Of a stretch of 64,000 nucleotides of DNA, positions 1 to 8,902 are shown one piece after another. The position numbers and the translations under genes are program-made. The notes beneath the pieces are model-generated. The model did not search any database. It saw only the letters and a list, made by a program, of their open reading frames with translations, and had not been told where the DNA came from. This DNA comes from a virus (taxonomy: Duplodnaviria > Caudoviricetes), in the IMG/VR virus record IMGVR_UViG_3300020049_012431, positions 14,735 to 78,734 of that record; one strand, written 5' to 3'. How positions within the stretch are numbered: the first letter of the stretch is position 1; every line of letters begins with the position of its first letter.

Positions 1-97
1 GTAAAAGGTACATCAGCACATAAGACAAAAATAGCACTTAAAGCAGCACTAAAGGCTTTAGATGTACCTTTCTTGAATGAGCGAAGGGAGAAGCCCG

Positions 98-244
98 ATG
101 GACAGGAGTGAGCTGAGAGAAGCATATGATGTTGCTCTGAGTAAAATAAAAACATCGGTTCCCGGTTTCTATGAAACAAGCCAGGAACATGTTGCTCGAT
201 GTTGGTATGAAGCTATTATGGAAGTGATAGGGAGACGAAAATGA
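98..244 (+). CDS. small hypothetical protein (48 aa)
   Basis: Translated by hand (MDRSELREAY...GRRK*); purine-rich RBS upstream; below the ORF-track cutoff. Confidence 0.5.
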   Translation: MDRSELREAYDVALSKIKTSVPGFYETSQEHVARCWYEAIMEVIGRRK

Positions 245-388
245 ACAAAATATTAGGATTTGTGTGTCTGGTGCTATAGACTTTTTTATAAAAAATCAAT
301 GGATTCGACTCTCAGGGATCATAAAAACAAACGCGGTCAACCGTGCTACGGCAGATATGGAAGTTACGTAAGAACGAAGTGGAGATAA

Positions 389-970
389 ATGATGAATAAA
401 AAAAAGATCACTGAGTTTATAAAATATATTTTCTTTTTTCAGCCTTACAGCGAGAGGGCGAATATGTTCTCTAATTTTTTTAGATGGCTAATCTTCACAA
501 CATCAACCGCAATTGTCGGACTGGTGGTTGTCGCAGTCTTTTTCAATTTTATTTCTGGATGCTTTCCAAAAATATACCGACCCCTTACTAAATGGGCGAA
601 CCGGCCACCAATACCTCTGACAAAATCATGTAGGTTTGTACCCCTTAGTGATGTCGACAACTCTCAATCAAGTGCTTCAAAATTCTTGAAGTGGTACGAT
701 GTTCACTTCACATTGGATACGTCTACAGGAAGCACTTCACTAGCAGTGGCGTATGTGGAAGATATGCATTTTGTGCCTTATTTTCATGGACATCGAGCGA
801 AGCCAAAGGCATCTGACCCGTCGCAGTTGCTCATCCCAAAAACGAATTTCAAAAACTCCGAGTTCAAGTTGACGGTTGTCCATGACTCTGAAGATGGAGA
901 GTTAAGTCAGCTCGATTTTAGTTATAATGAGTGCCCGATCAAATTGGAATTTTTTGGAGGTGATAGATGA
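389..970 (+). CDS. hypothetical membrane protein
   Basis: 193-aa ORF with an N-terminal hydrophobic helix; GGAGA RBS. Confidence 0.55.
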   Translation: MMNKKKITEFIKYIFFFQPYSERANMFSNFFRWLIFTTSTAIVGLVVVAVFFNFISGCFPKIYRPLTKWANRPPIPLTKSCRFVPLSDVDNSQSSASKFLKWYDVHFTLDTSTGSTSLAVAYVEDMHFVPYFHGHRAKPKASDPSQLLIPKTNFKNSEFKLTVVHDSEDGELSQLDFSYNECPIKLEFFGGDR

Positions 971-1302
971 AACTCTTAATACTTATAGTTCTTCCATTTG
1001 TGGGTTCTATCGCTACGGCACAGACGGCCGCAACGAAGACTTCAATTGAAAATAAAATGCAAAACCAAAAAACAAGCACGGTTTTCATATACGCTAGGTT
1101 TGGGGAGAAATTGTTTTGTGTCCCAAGAGAAAGTTTGAAACTGGACAACTTGGTCGGCATGAGAGAAGTGGCGATTTCAAACGTCAATGCCTTATTGTTA
1201 GCAAAATTTCCTGACATGTCTGGGTTAATTTATCTTTGGTGCTTTATTAGTGGGGGGATCTATGGTTTCGTCTCGGCAAGCGGCAAATCAAGAGTTAGTT
1301 GA
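967..1302 (+). CDS. hypothetical exported protein
   Basis: Signal-peptide-like N-terminus; ATGA overlap with the previous ORF. Confidence 0.5.
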   Translation: MKLLILIVLPFVGSIATAQTAATKTSIENKMQNQKTSTVFIYARFGEKLFCVPRESLKLDNLVGMREVAISNVNALLLAKFPDMSGLIYLWCFISGGIYGFVSASGKSRVS

Positions 1303-1489
1303 TGTATTACAATATTTAGTGAGTACATATCCTGATTTAAGATTTAGTCAGATAATGAATGTCTGGGGATTTGTCAAAGAAGAGCGTCCAGCAAAATCGG
1401 AACTTAGTATTAGCTGGCAGAATGAATTTTATACTGAACCTAATGTTATATTAAAACGTGTTAAACAAAGATTGGAGAATGACGTATGA
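1262..1489 (+). CDS. hypothetical phage protein
   Basis: YPDLRFSQ motif typical of small phage proteins; start moved to ATG 1262. Confidence 0.55.
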   Translation: MVSSRQAANQELVDVLQYLVSTYPDLRFSQIMNVWGFVKEERPAKSELSISWQNEFYTEPNVILKRVKQRLENDV

Positions 1490-2151
1490 AAAAAATTATA
1501 TTATCATCACTATTGGTTTTAGGGGCTTGCGCTCCAGTCGCTGGACCAAGAGGCGAAATGGGACCTGCTGCCCCTGCCGTGGTGGTTGCACCAGTGTCTT
1601 CTGTTGATGCGGACATTAAAGCACTCATTTCAGATGAAAACGCATATAGGGTTAGTCTTGGTCAGCCAGTTCTTTCAGCGGGACTTTCTTGTACTTTGTC
1701 AACCATTACTGGTGGGGATAGAATTCAAGCTAGTATTGCTGGACACAACACATTAACTGGTATTTCCCAAGTATATGCGTTTACATTTATGGGAGAATTT
1801 AATCAAGCTAATAGTAATGTTAATGATGGACTAAATGTCTTACCTCAATCATTAAGACCGTTATATACAAATATGTATCTTCTTCGATGTCAAGGTCAGA
1901 TTGTTATTAGAGAAACCGATTATGTTCCATTTGAGTTAACTAGTGATGATGGATCTGTATTGTATATAGACGGCGTTAAAGTTATTGATAATGACAATGC
2001 CCATGGTGCGGTAAAGGTAACTGGTGTAAAACAACTTCGACGCGGAGTACATTCATTCAGACTTGATTTTGCTCAGTCTGGTGGTGGAAACCAAGCACTC
2101 ATCCTAACATCAGGTAATGAACCAATTGCTAATAAATTTTTCGCACACTAG
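1486..2151 (+). CDS. PA14/GLEYA-domain lipoprotein
   Basis: Lipobox LGAC, short collagen-like GPRGEMGPA, PA14 signature FELTSDDGSVLYIDG..VIDND..HG...GVHSFRLDFAQ. Confidence 0.75.
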   Translation: MKKIILSSLLVLGACAPVAGPRGEMGPAAPAVVVAPVSSVDADIKALISDENAYRVSLGQPVLSAGLSCTLSTITGGDRIQASIAGHNTLTGISQVYAFTFMGEFNQANSNVNDGLNVLPQSLRPLYTNMYLLRCQGQIVIRETDYVPFELTSDDGSVLYIDGVKVIDNDNAHGAVKVTGVKQLRRGVHSFRLDFAQSGGGNQALILTSGNEPIANKFFAH

Positions 2152-2160
2152 GAAGTTAAT

Positions 2161-2349
2161 ATGACACGATACCTATATGCATTAAGTGCCGCTCATACTA
2201 ATGTCGATGATCCGGTTATCATATCATTATGGGAAGACAGAAACGACGCTATAGATGCCGAAAAACGAGCAAGAGCTAATGGTTACCAATATACTAACAT
2301 TGAAGAAGTTGCGGTTAATAAGGATGAACTATGGGACTTGGAGGAATAG
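2161..2349 (+). CDS. hypothetical protein
   Basis: ORF with RBS in a tightly packed run. Confidence 0.55.
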   Translation: MTRYLYALSAAHTNVDDPVIISLWEDRNDAIDAEKRARANGYQYTNIEEVAVNKDELWDLEE

Positions 2350-2350
2350 T

Positions 2351-2647
2351 ATGGATAATAAAATCTACATCTACATTCACGGATACGCAGAAGATAAACT
2401 TAAAGAAGTAATACTAAATGCTATTGCCGAATACCAGAAAAATGCTTTTATACTTCCTGTTAAACACAATAGCTACCCATCCATAAGTGTAGAGCAAGTA
2501 CCGTTAAATCTATCCGAAACAAATTTAATACCTACTCTTGTATTTGATTATAACGTTGCAGCAGCTCAAAAAGAAGACATAGTGAAATTAAAAAAGGTCG
2601 CAGATTCTTTAGAAACACTTAAGAATTTTTTAAAAAAGCAGGAGTAA
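2351..2647 (+). CDS. hypothetical protein
   Basis: ATG 2351 after GAGGA; the track ORF is over-extended upstream. Confidence 0.55.
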   Translation: MDNKIYIYIHGYAEDKLKEVILNAIAEYQKNAFILPVKHNSYPSISVEQVPLNLSETNLIPTLVFDYNVAAAQKEDIVKLKKVADSLETLKNFLKKQE

Positions 2648-2651
2648 TAGT

Positions 2652-2984
2652 ATGGAATATATTTTAAATTCAGTTGGTCCCGCAGAAAGTAAAAGAGTAA
2701 CAATACAAATACCTTTGAATAGTGAGGCATTTGATTTTGTTTGTGGGTATTATAATACTCCATTATTATTGACATTAAGTGCATCTGGATTAGCGAAGTT
2801 TATTATTATTAAAAATGGTCAAACTGTGGCAACATTATTTAATAACAATAATAATTTGAATATATTATTTTATAATACAGTAAACTATACCGGGTATGAT
2901 TTAATAGAAGTTATTGGTATAAATAGAGAATATAATGTCTATCAAGATTTGTATATAGGGTGGGACTTGGGTGATGTGTTATGA
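2652..2984 (+). CDS. hypothetical protein
   Basis: GGAG RBS; very AT-rich ORF. Confidence 0.5.
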   Translation: MEYILNSVGPAESKRVTIQIPLNSEAFDFVCGYYNTPLLLTLSASGLAKFIIIKNGQTVATLFNNNNNLNILFYNTVNYTGYDLIEVIGINREYNVYQDLYIGWDLGDVL

Positions 2985-3238
2985 AACGAAGTGAAGCTTT
3001 AGCGCTGATAGCAAATCAGTTAGATTTTTTAAATAACAAATTTGAAGGGGTGCGTTTTGATTTTACAAAAGAAGAACTGGCTCATGCCGATGTTATTTTG
3101 ACGACACTAGAGGCTGCCGGTATGCAGCCACCAAACATCACATTGAGAGAATTAATTCCAAGAAGTTTGTGTCAAGTAATTCTTGACGTAGACAAACATC
3201 GGTACGCATGTTGGGAGCCAGAAAATGGGAACAAATAA
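2981..3238 (+). CDS. hypothetical protein
   Basis: ATGA-coupled ORF. Confidence 0.55.
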   Translation: MKRSEALALIANQLDFLNNKFEGVRFDFTKEELAHADVILTTLEAAGMQPPNITLRELIPRSLCQVILDVDKHRYACWEPENGNK

Positions 3239-3491
3239 AAATGACTGCTGTTATCCTGTTATTATAGATGATGTCTCGCAGAAACAATTTTGTGAACCAG
3301 GTTTAACTAAACGTGAATATTTTTCAGCATTGGCAATGCAACAACTTATTGGTAAAATTTTTGGCCATGTATATGGTCATGATGTAAAAGGTAATTGTGC
3401 CGATGCGATTCAATGTGCTGAGTTGGCTGTAAAATATGCCGATGCATTAATTAATGAATTAAATAAGACAGAGGAGACAAATAATGTCTGA
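3225..3491 (+). CDS. conserved small phage protein
   Basis: GLTKREYFSALAMQ...AVKYADALINEL resembles the GMTLRDYFAAKAMQ phage family. Confidence 0.65.
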   Translation: MGTNKNDCCYPVIIDDVSQKQFCEPGLTKREYFSALAMQQLIGKIFGHVYGHDVKGNCADAIQCAELAVKYADALINELNKTEETNNV

Positions 3492-3684
3492 TAGTACAGA
3501 TGATGTTGATTGGTACGATGAGGATTATGATGATGATAGGATTGATTTAACTAAATTAATACGTAAATTAGAAAAAATTGCATATGCGGATTTGGATAAT
3601 TTTAAAAACGAACAACACATGATTAATTATATGAAAAAAATGACAAAAATAATTATGTCAGATTTAACAGGATGGGATTATTAA
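3484..3684 (+). CDS. hypothetical acidic protein
   Basis: GGAG RBS; coupled ORF. Confidence 0.55.
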   Translation: MSDSTDDVDWYDEDYDDDRIDLTKLIRKLEKIAYADLDNFKNEQHMINYMKKMTKIIMSDLTGWDY

Positions 3685-3834
3685 ATGAAAATATTTTTTA
3701 CGATTTTAGCAATTGGTTTAGTCAGTAGTTTATTACCGTTAGGATATTATAGTGTGGTGTTTGGTGCCCCTGCTGTTATTTTAAATACTATCATACTAAG
3801 TTTGGTATTTAAGAAAGAATTGTATGGAATTTAA
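3685..3834 (+). CDS. small membrane protein (49 aa)
   Basis: Translated by hand (MKIFFTILAIGLV...); two hydrophobic segments; fills the gap between neighbours. Confidence 0.5.
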   Translation: MKIFFTILAIGLVSSLLPLGYYSVVFGAPAVILNTIILSLVFKKELYGI

Positions 3835-4057
3835 AGTCGGGGATATAGTCGAGTGGTGTGGGGCAATTGGCAAAGTAATGATTGATGATAACACTCAATC
3901 CTTAAGTAGACCAATTTGCTGTCAATTTGGAGAGCCCTCTCGGTGTTTTTATTTTACAGCTGATGGTAAAGCGTTTCCTTGGCATAAAGAACCAAGCTTG
4001 AAGTTAATACATGGAGGTGCGATTGAGCAACTTAGCAGAGAACCTATTGGTTCATGA
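3824..4057 (+). CDS. hypothetical phage protein
   Basis: MEFKVGDIV...FTADGK...PSLKLI pattern seen in small phage proteins. Confidence 0.55.
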   Translation: MEFKVGDIVEWCGAIGKVMIDDNTQSLSRPICCQFGEPSRCFYFTADGKAFPWHKEPSLKLIHGGAIEQLSREPIGS

Positions 4058-5081
4058 AGAACCATTATTGAATTTTCCTGATACCCGATACATGGGAAGC
4101 AAAAGAAAACTGCTGCCATCACTACAAGGAATTTTTAAGCAATTAGATTTCCGCACAAGTCTTGATGCTTTTTCTGGAACTTCATCAGTAGCATATCTAT
4201 TGAAATCGCTCGGTAAATCCGTAGATACAAATGATTATTTGATGTTCAACTATTTCATCGCCAAAGCACTCATTGAAAACAATGGAACGATTTTGACTGA
4301 TGAGGAAGTAGAAGAAATTTGCACATTCAATGATGACAAAAATAACTTCATTGAAAAGAATTTTTCAAATATTTATTATTCAAAAAAAGACTGCAAATGG
4401 CTTGATTCTGCATGGGCAAACATTGAGTTCATAACCGACCCATACAAGAAAGCTATTGCGCTAACTGCATTGTGCAGAGCTTGTATTAAGAAAAGACCCA
4501 GAGGGATTTTTACTTATACTGGCATGAGATACGATGATGGCAGAAAAGATTTAAAAACGGAACTTGCCGACCATTTTGCAGAAGCCGTAAAAATGGTGAA
4601 TCGCTCTGTCATCACCAGTAAAAAGAAATGCATTGCCTACAACCAAGATATAATGAAGTTTAAGAAATCAAACTATGACTTGGTATATCTTGATCCACCT
4701 TACTTTTCGCTAAAATCTGATAATGAGTACTCTCGTAGGTATCACTTTCTTGAAGGCCTTGTTTCTTATTGGTCTCATGTGGAAATCAATCAAGAGACGA
4801 AGACAAAGAAATTTGACCGAATTGAATCTGATTTCACTCATCGGAGCAAAATTGTTCCTGCGTTTGAATCGCTGTTTGATAAATTTTCTGACAGCCAAAT
4901 TGTGATGTCTTACTCTTCAAACTGTTTTCCAGATGCAACTATTTTGAAAAGTCTTTTAAAGAATGCTGGCAAGGCTGTTGAGCTTATTGAGATTGATTAT
5001 GTTTATTCAGTAGGAACGCACTCACACAAGAAAGATAATGAATCTAATCGTGTTAAGGAATACGTCTTTTTAGGACTGTAG
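4011..5081 (+). CDS. DNA adenine methyltransferase (D12/Dam-like class), orphan
   Basis: RYMGSKRKLL, DAFSGTSSV (SAM binding), DLVYLDPPY (catalytic); no cognate endonuclease next to it. Confidence 0.9.
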   Translation: MEVRLSNLAENLLVHEEPLLNFPDTRYMGSKRKLLPSLQGIFKQLDFRTSLDAFSGTSSVAYLLKSLGKSVDTNDYLMFNYFIAKALIENNGTILTDEEVEEICTFNDDKNNFIEKNFSNIYYSKKDCKWLDSAWANIEFITDPYKKAIALTALCRACIKKRPRGIFTYTGMRYDDGRKDLKTELADHFAEAVKMVNRSVITSKKKCIAYNQDIMKFKKSNYDLVYLDPPYFSLKSDNEYSRRYHFLEGLVSYWSHVEINQETKTKKFDRIESDFTHRSKIVPAFESLFDKFSDSQIVMSYSSNCFPDATILKSLLKNAGKAVELIEIDYVYSVGTHSHKKDNESNRVKEYVFLGL

Positions 5082-5179
5082 CCTTTCCTTGCCACGATTC
5101 CAAATTGTGAATTTCAAATTTACTTAGGCGAGCTATTTCAAATAGCCGTCTTTTGCGAAAGTAAGAATGAGGTCGAAGA

Positions 5180-5524
5180 GTGAAAAGCGAGCAATTTGCA
5201 GAAGAAATGCTAGAAGAGATTGAAAACTTTAAAGATTTAACCAAAGAAGAACTTCCAGTAATCGCAAAAGAATATTTACAGTATAAAATAGTGAATTCTA
5301 TTCTTGGTATTATATCAGGAAGCGTCTTGTTAATCCTATCAGCTATTGCGATTATAATTTGTGTAAATAATGGTAGGCCCGTGGGTATAACAATAGGATT
5401 GGGGGTTGGGTTTACGGGATTTTCTATAACAGTTTTAAGTATAGACACACTTCTCCGCGTTATTTTACAACCTCACCGCATGGCTATTGACTCAATAATA
5501 TCATTAATAGGTAAAACAAAATGA
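5180..5524 (+). CDS. hypothetical membrane protein
   Basis: Two transmembrane segments. Confidence 0.6.
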   Translation: MKSEQFAEEMLEEIENFKDLTKEELPVIAKEYLQYKIVNSILGIISGSVLLILSAIAIIICVNNGRPVGITIGLGVGFTGFSITVLSIDTLLRVILQPHRMAIDSIISLIGKTK

Positions 5525-5528
5525 AATA

Positions 5529-5557
5529 TTGACAAAGACTAAAAATTATATTATTCT
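5529..5557 (+). promoter_or_regulatory. sigma70-type promoter
   Basis: TTGACA-17 nt-TATTCT. Confidence 0.75.
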
Positions 5558-5562
5558 GTATT

Positions 5563-5763
5563 TGTAAAAGCGATGTGGAAGCTGAACTTTCTACAGCGGG
5601 ATGTAGACGAAAGACAAATCCAGTTAGTTCTGGAGACACATTGACGGGAGGCCAAAACCCCACCTCATCGGTCAGCGCCTTAAATGTGCGCAGGAGCAAT
5701 CCAAGACAACGAAAAGGGTCGGTCGGCAACGGGGTACGCCAGAGTCGCGTCTGGCCTTTTACA
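5563..5763 (+). ncRNA. candidate structured non-coding RNA (about 200 nt)
   Basis: GC-rich island after the promoter; ends pair (TGTAAAAG/CTTTTACA); several internal hairpins. Confidence 0.65.
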
Positions 5764-5809
5764 CAACCTGAGTATGTTGTAAAACTACTCACCTTATAAT
5801 TGGAGCAAT

Positions 5810-6019
5810 GTGAAAACATCATTCTATATAAATACCGACATTGAGCAAGCTCTAGACTTAACTGGCCTAGCTTTAGACGAATTAGAATCTGTTGTTGGTA
5901 GATTTGCCGCTCACTCAAGACGGTCCGGGCTTTTGCGCGGTAAAATAGTGGAATATTCTTGCGGTAAAATTGAAATTAGAACTTGTTTTGGTAATAAATT
6001 ATTGTGGAGTAATAAATAA
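5810..6019 (+). CDS. hypothetical protein
   Basis: GGAG RBS, GTG start. Confidence 0.45.
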   Translation: MKTSFYINTDIEQALDLTGLALDELESVVGRFAAHSRRSGLLRGKIVEYSCGKIEIRTCFGNKLLWSNK

Positions 6020-6071
6020 ACTGTATTGTTTGAAAGAAATTTTGAACATTAAAAATTAATAGGAGAAGAAA

Positions 6072-6374
6072 ATGAGACAACAAAAATTTAAAATTGGCGA
6101 TAAGGTAGAAGTAAAACAAGCTGCACTCACTTGGTGCCTAAATAACCCAGACGCATATGAGGTGAGCACAACAGGACAACTAAGTGATGAACTCGCCTAT
6201 GACATACAATGTAACATTGGTCTTGCGTCTTTATTGGGAGAAAAATTTGTTGGCACCATCACTCGAATTGGAGCAGAAGATGATAAGAATGATTATTTCT
6301 ATAGAGTTAAACTTGATACGGTTTTTGGAATAGAAGAGTCATATCATGATATTAAAGATCTTTTACGGAGATAA
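6072..6374 (+). CDS. hypothetical protein
   Basis: AGGAG RBS; KFKIGDKV N-terminus. Confidence 0.6.
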   Translation: MRQQKFKIGDKVEVKQAALTWCLNNPDAYEVSTTGQLSDELAYDIQCNIGLASLLGEKFVGTITRIGAEDDKNDYFYRVKLDTVFGIEESYHDIKDLLRR

Positions 6375-6376
6375 CT

Positions 6377-6652
6377 ATGTTGCACGAATTATTACTAATG
6401 CACGCTTGTATTACTGGGATTGGTTGCAATCAAACATTTGAAGCATATAAATTCTATAATAAAGATCTGGCTGCTAGCATAAATCGTGTTGAATTTCTTG
6501 CGGACCATTATACACCAGGATTTGCTAAAACATTCATTATGCCAGGAGTGGCTCTTGCTATGGGCGGAAGTGCTATTGTTAATGTAATCGGTCCTGTTAG
6601 TTACCGTTATAGTAAAGACACACAAGAAATTCTCTTGACAAAAAGCTTTTAA
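6377..6652 (+). CDS. hypothetical protein
   Basis: GGAG RBS. Confidence 0.55.
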   Translation: MLHELLLMHACITGIGCNQTFEAYKFYNKDLAASINRVEFLADHYTPGFAKTFIMPGVALAMGGSAIVNVIGPVSYRYSKDTQEILLTKSF

Positions 6653-6663
6653 TCTGATAGGAT
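6635..6663 (+). promoter_or_regulatory. sigma70-type promoter, probably leaderless
   Basis: TTGACA-17-TAGGAT, then 6 nt to ATG 6670. Confidence 0.7.
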
Positions 6664-6669
6664 AGGCAC

Positions 6670-7782
6670 ATGAATACAAAATTAAGTCATAGCCAGGTTA
6701 ATAGATTTAGTATGTGCCCTAAATCTTATTATTTTCATTATATTGAAAAGCTACGACCTATAACAACAACAGGAGCATTATTATTTGGAAGCGCACTAGA
6801 TGCAGCTTTAAATAGTGTTTTACTCGGTAAAACCGATGCGGAGGCAGTGTTTGAACAATCCTTCACCCACCAAAAAATTAACGATGTGGAAACGTATTTG
6901 CCAACAAGTGAATTTATTATATACGCGAACAATGATATGGATATTGATTTACTCACTGAAGAAGATTTTATCTCTATTGAGAAAAAAGTTGAAGAAAATG
7001 CGATACAAAGATGTGACAATTACATATCAACTTATCAAACATTAAAAAAGAAAAAATCAGAAAAAGGATTTGACTGTCTTTCTTTAAATGAAAAACGAAC
7101 GATGAATTTATTAAACTGGCTTAGCATGAGACGTAAAGGTTTTCTAATGTTAAAGGCTTATGCAAAAAAAGTAATGCCTAGATTTAACACGGTCCATGAA
7201 GTACAACTTTCGATTAATTTAGAAAATGGATCTGGTGACAGCGTAATTGGTTTTGTGGATCTTGTTGCTGATGTTAAAGGTCATGGTACTGTTATTCTTG
7301 ATAATAAAACTGCCAGCAGAGCATATGAGTCTGATAGCGTTCGCACCAGCGCTCAGCTTAGTTTATATCTTCATGCGCTTCAAGATAAATACCCAACAAG
7401 AAAAGCGGGCTATATTGTTTTAAATAAACAACTAATAAAAAATCGAGTAAAGATTTGCAGTAAATGCGGAAATGATGGAAGTGGGGCTAGACACAAGACA
7501 TGCGATGCCATGGTAGGCGGAGAACGATGTCATGGGTCATGGAAAGAAACTATTGCGCCAGAAGTTGACGTTCAGTTCATTATCGACACAATTCCAGAAA
7601 GAGTTGAGAATTTGGTCATTGAGAATATTGACGCAACAAACCAAGCTATAAAGAGCGGAATATTTGTTAGAAATCTAAATAATTGTCAAAACTGGTTTGG
7701 TGGGAAATGCCCCCATTTTGATGTTTGTTATAAAGGTAAAGAAACAAATTTATGTAGAGTGAAGGGTTCTGGGAAAACATGA
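6670..7782 (+). CDS. PD-(D/E)XK exonuclease (RecB/Cas4-like)
   Basis: LSHSQVNRFSMCPKSY, GFVDLV..VILDNKT, QLSLY, C-terminal Cys cluster. Confidence 0.85.
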   Translation: MNTKLSHSQVNRFSMCPKSYYFHYIEKLRPITTTGALLFGSALDAALNSVLLGKTDAEAVFEQSFTHQKINDVETYLPTSEFIIYANNDMDIDLLTEEDFISIEKKVEENAIQRCDNYISTYQTLKKKKSEKGFDCLSLNEKRTMNLLNWLSMRRKGFLMLKAYAKKVMPRFNTVHEVQLSINLENGSGDSVIGFVDLVADVKGHGTVILDNKTASRAYESDSVRTSAQLSLYLHALQDKYPTRKAGYIVLNKQLIKNRVKICSKCGNDGSGARHKTCDAMVGGERCHGSWKETIAPEVDVQFIIDTIPERVENLVIENIDATNQAIKSGIFVRNLNNCQNWFGGKCPHFDVCYKGKETNLCRVKGSGKT

Positions 7783-7973
7783 AAAAAGAATTACGTGTAA
7801 GCTTTTATTGGGACTTTGTTGATGTAGACGAATCTGCTGAATTTATCGAAGTGCAGTTTCCAAATTGGTTCTATGATATGAGAAACAGACGCATAGATCC
7901 TGATGTAAAAGAAAAATTGAAAACAGGAAAATATAAAGTACTATTGGTATCGGAGGATGAAAGTGGGAAGTAA
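7779..7973 (+). CDS. hypothetical protein
   Basis: ATGA-coupled ORF. Confidence 0.5.
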   Translation: MKKELRVSFYWDFVDVDESAEFIEVQFPNWFYDMRNRRIDPDVKEKLKTGKYKVLLVSEDESGK

Positions 7974-8370
7974 GTTTTTTGGATTGAAGAATAAGGGTAA
8001 AAAACGCAGCGCAACAATAGAAGCACCAAATACTGATGCGTTCTCTGAGCAAGAGCTGACATCTATGTTAGATGAGTTGAATGCTCCATTAGTGGAAGAA
8101 ACAGTCGTAGATAAACCGGCACCTCCAGTATTAGAGAAGCAAGAAGTAGTCCATGTCACTAAGCACAATGAAGAAAACTTTATAGCTTATGGTATTTGTT
8201 ACAACGAAGAAAAAAAGAAATACATGCTTTTTTCTATTGACTATAATCCAAAAACGGGATATAGTGAAGTTATTGGTACAGAGGAATACGCTGATAGCGC
8301 ACCAACTGCACTAAATAAATTAAATCGTATTATGAGTTTAAAACTACTTAAAAAAGAGGAGAGATATTAA
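7957..8370 (+). CDS. hypothetical protein
   Basis: 137-aa ORF in the recombination operon. Confidence 0.55.
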   Translation: MKVGSKFFGLKNKGKKRSATIEAPNTDAFSEQELTSMLDELNAPLVEETVVDKPAPPVLEKQEVVHVTKHNEENFIAYGICYNEEKKKYMLFSIDYNPKTGYSEVIGTEEYADSAPTALNKLNRIMSLKLLKKEERY

Positions 8371-8371
8371 A

Positions 8372-8902
8372 ATGATTAAATCAGAGAGTATTGCTAAAAT
8401 CGCTTTAGCACTTTTAGAAGCACAAAAGAATATGGGTAATGCAACTAAAGAATCTAAGAACCCATTCTTTAAATCAACTTACGCAGATTTAAACTCAGTT
8501 CGTGAAGCGGTAACTCCGGCACTAAATGCAGCTGGTATTACTGTAATGCAACCAACAATGCTTGCTGCTGATGGTACTGCTGTTGTTGAAACTACTTTGT
8601 TACATTCTTCGGGTGAATTTCTTGTATCACAATTCCCTATTGTATCATCAAAACAGAATGATCCTCAAGCATTTGGTAGTGCTGTGAGCTATGCTCGTCG
8701 TTATGGATTACAGAGCTTTCTTTCGGTTGGTGCCGTCGATGACGATGGCGAAGCTGATATGGGCAGAAAAACATTTACCACTAAGCCGGTAGCATTAGCT
8801 GAGTCTTTGTCTCAACCATTAACAGTAGGACCGGCATTAACTGCGGCAAAAAAGATTAGTTTTTCTAAAAACGCATTAAAACAAACAGAGGATGATATTT
8901 AA
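8372..8902 (+). CDS. erf: ERF-family single-strand annealing protein
   Basis: KNPFFKSTYADL, DPQAFGSAVSYARRYGL, DDDG motifs. Confidence 0.9.
   Translation: MIKSESIAKIALALLEAQKNMGNATKESKNPFFKSTYADLNSVREAVTPALNAAGITVMQPTMLAADGTAVVETTLLHSSGEFLVSQFPIVSSKQNDPQAFGSAVSYARRYGLQSFLSVGAVDDDGEADMGRKTFTTKPVALAESLSQPLTVGPALTAAKKISFSKNALKQTEDDI

Noticed and set aside
296-330. GGATTCGAC resembling a tmRNA 5' end or tRNA T-loop
   Set aside because: No acceptor stem or cloverleaf can be built; it reads as part of a short ORF.
5575-5799. 74-aa ORF over the GC-rich island, and its 144-aa antisense ORF
   Set aside because: No RBS and atypical composition; openness is explained by high GC in a structured RNA.
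6670-7782. Cas4-like nuclease as part of a CRISPR system
   Set aside because: No repeat-spacer array or other cas genes; its position beside erf fits phage recombination.
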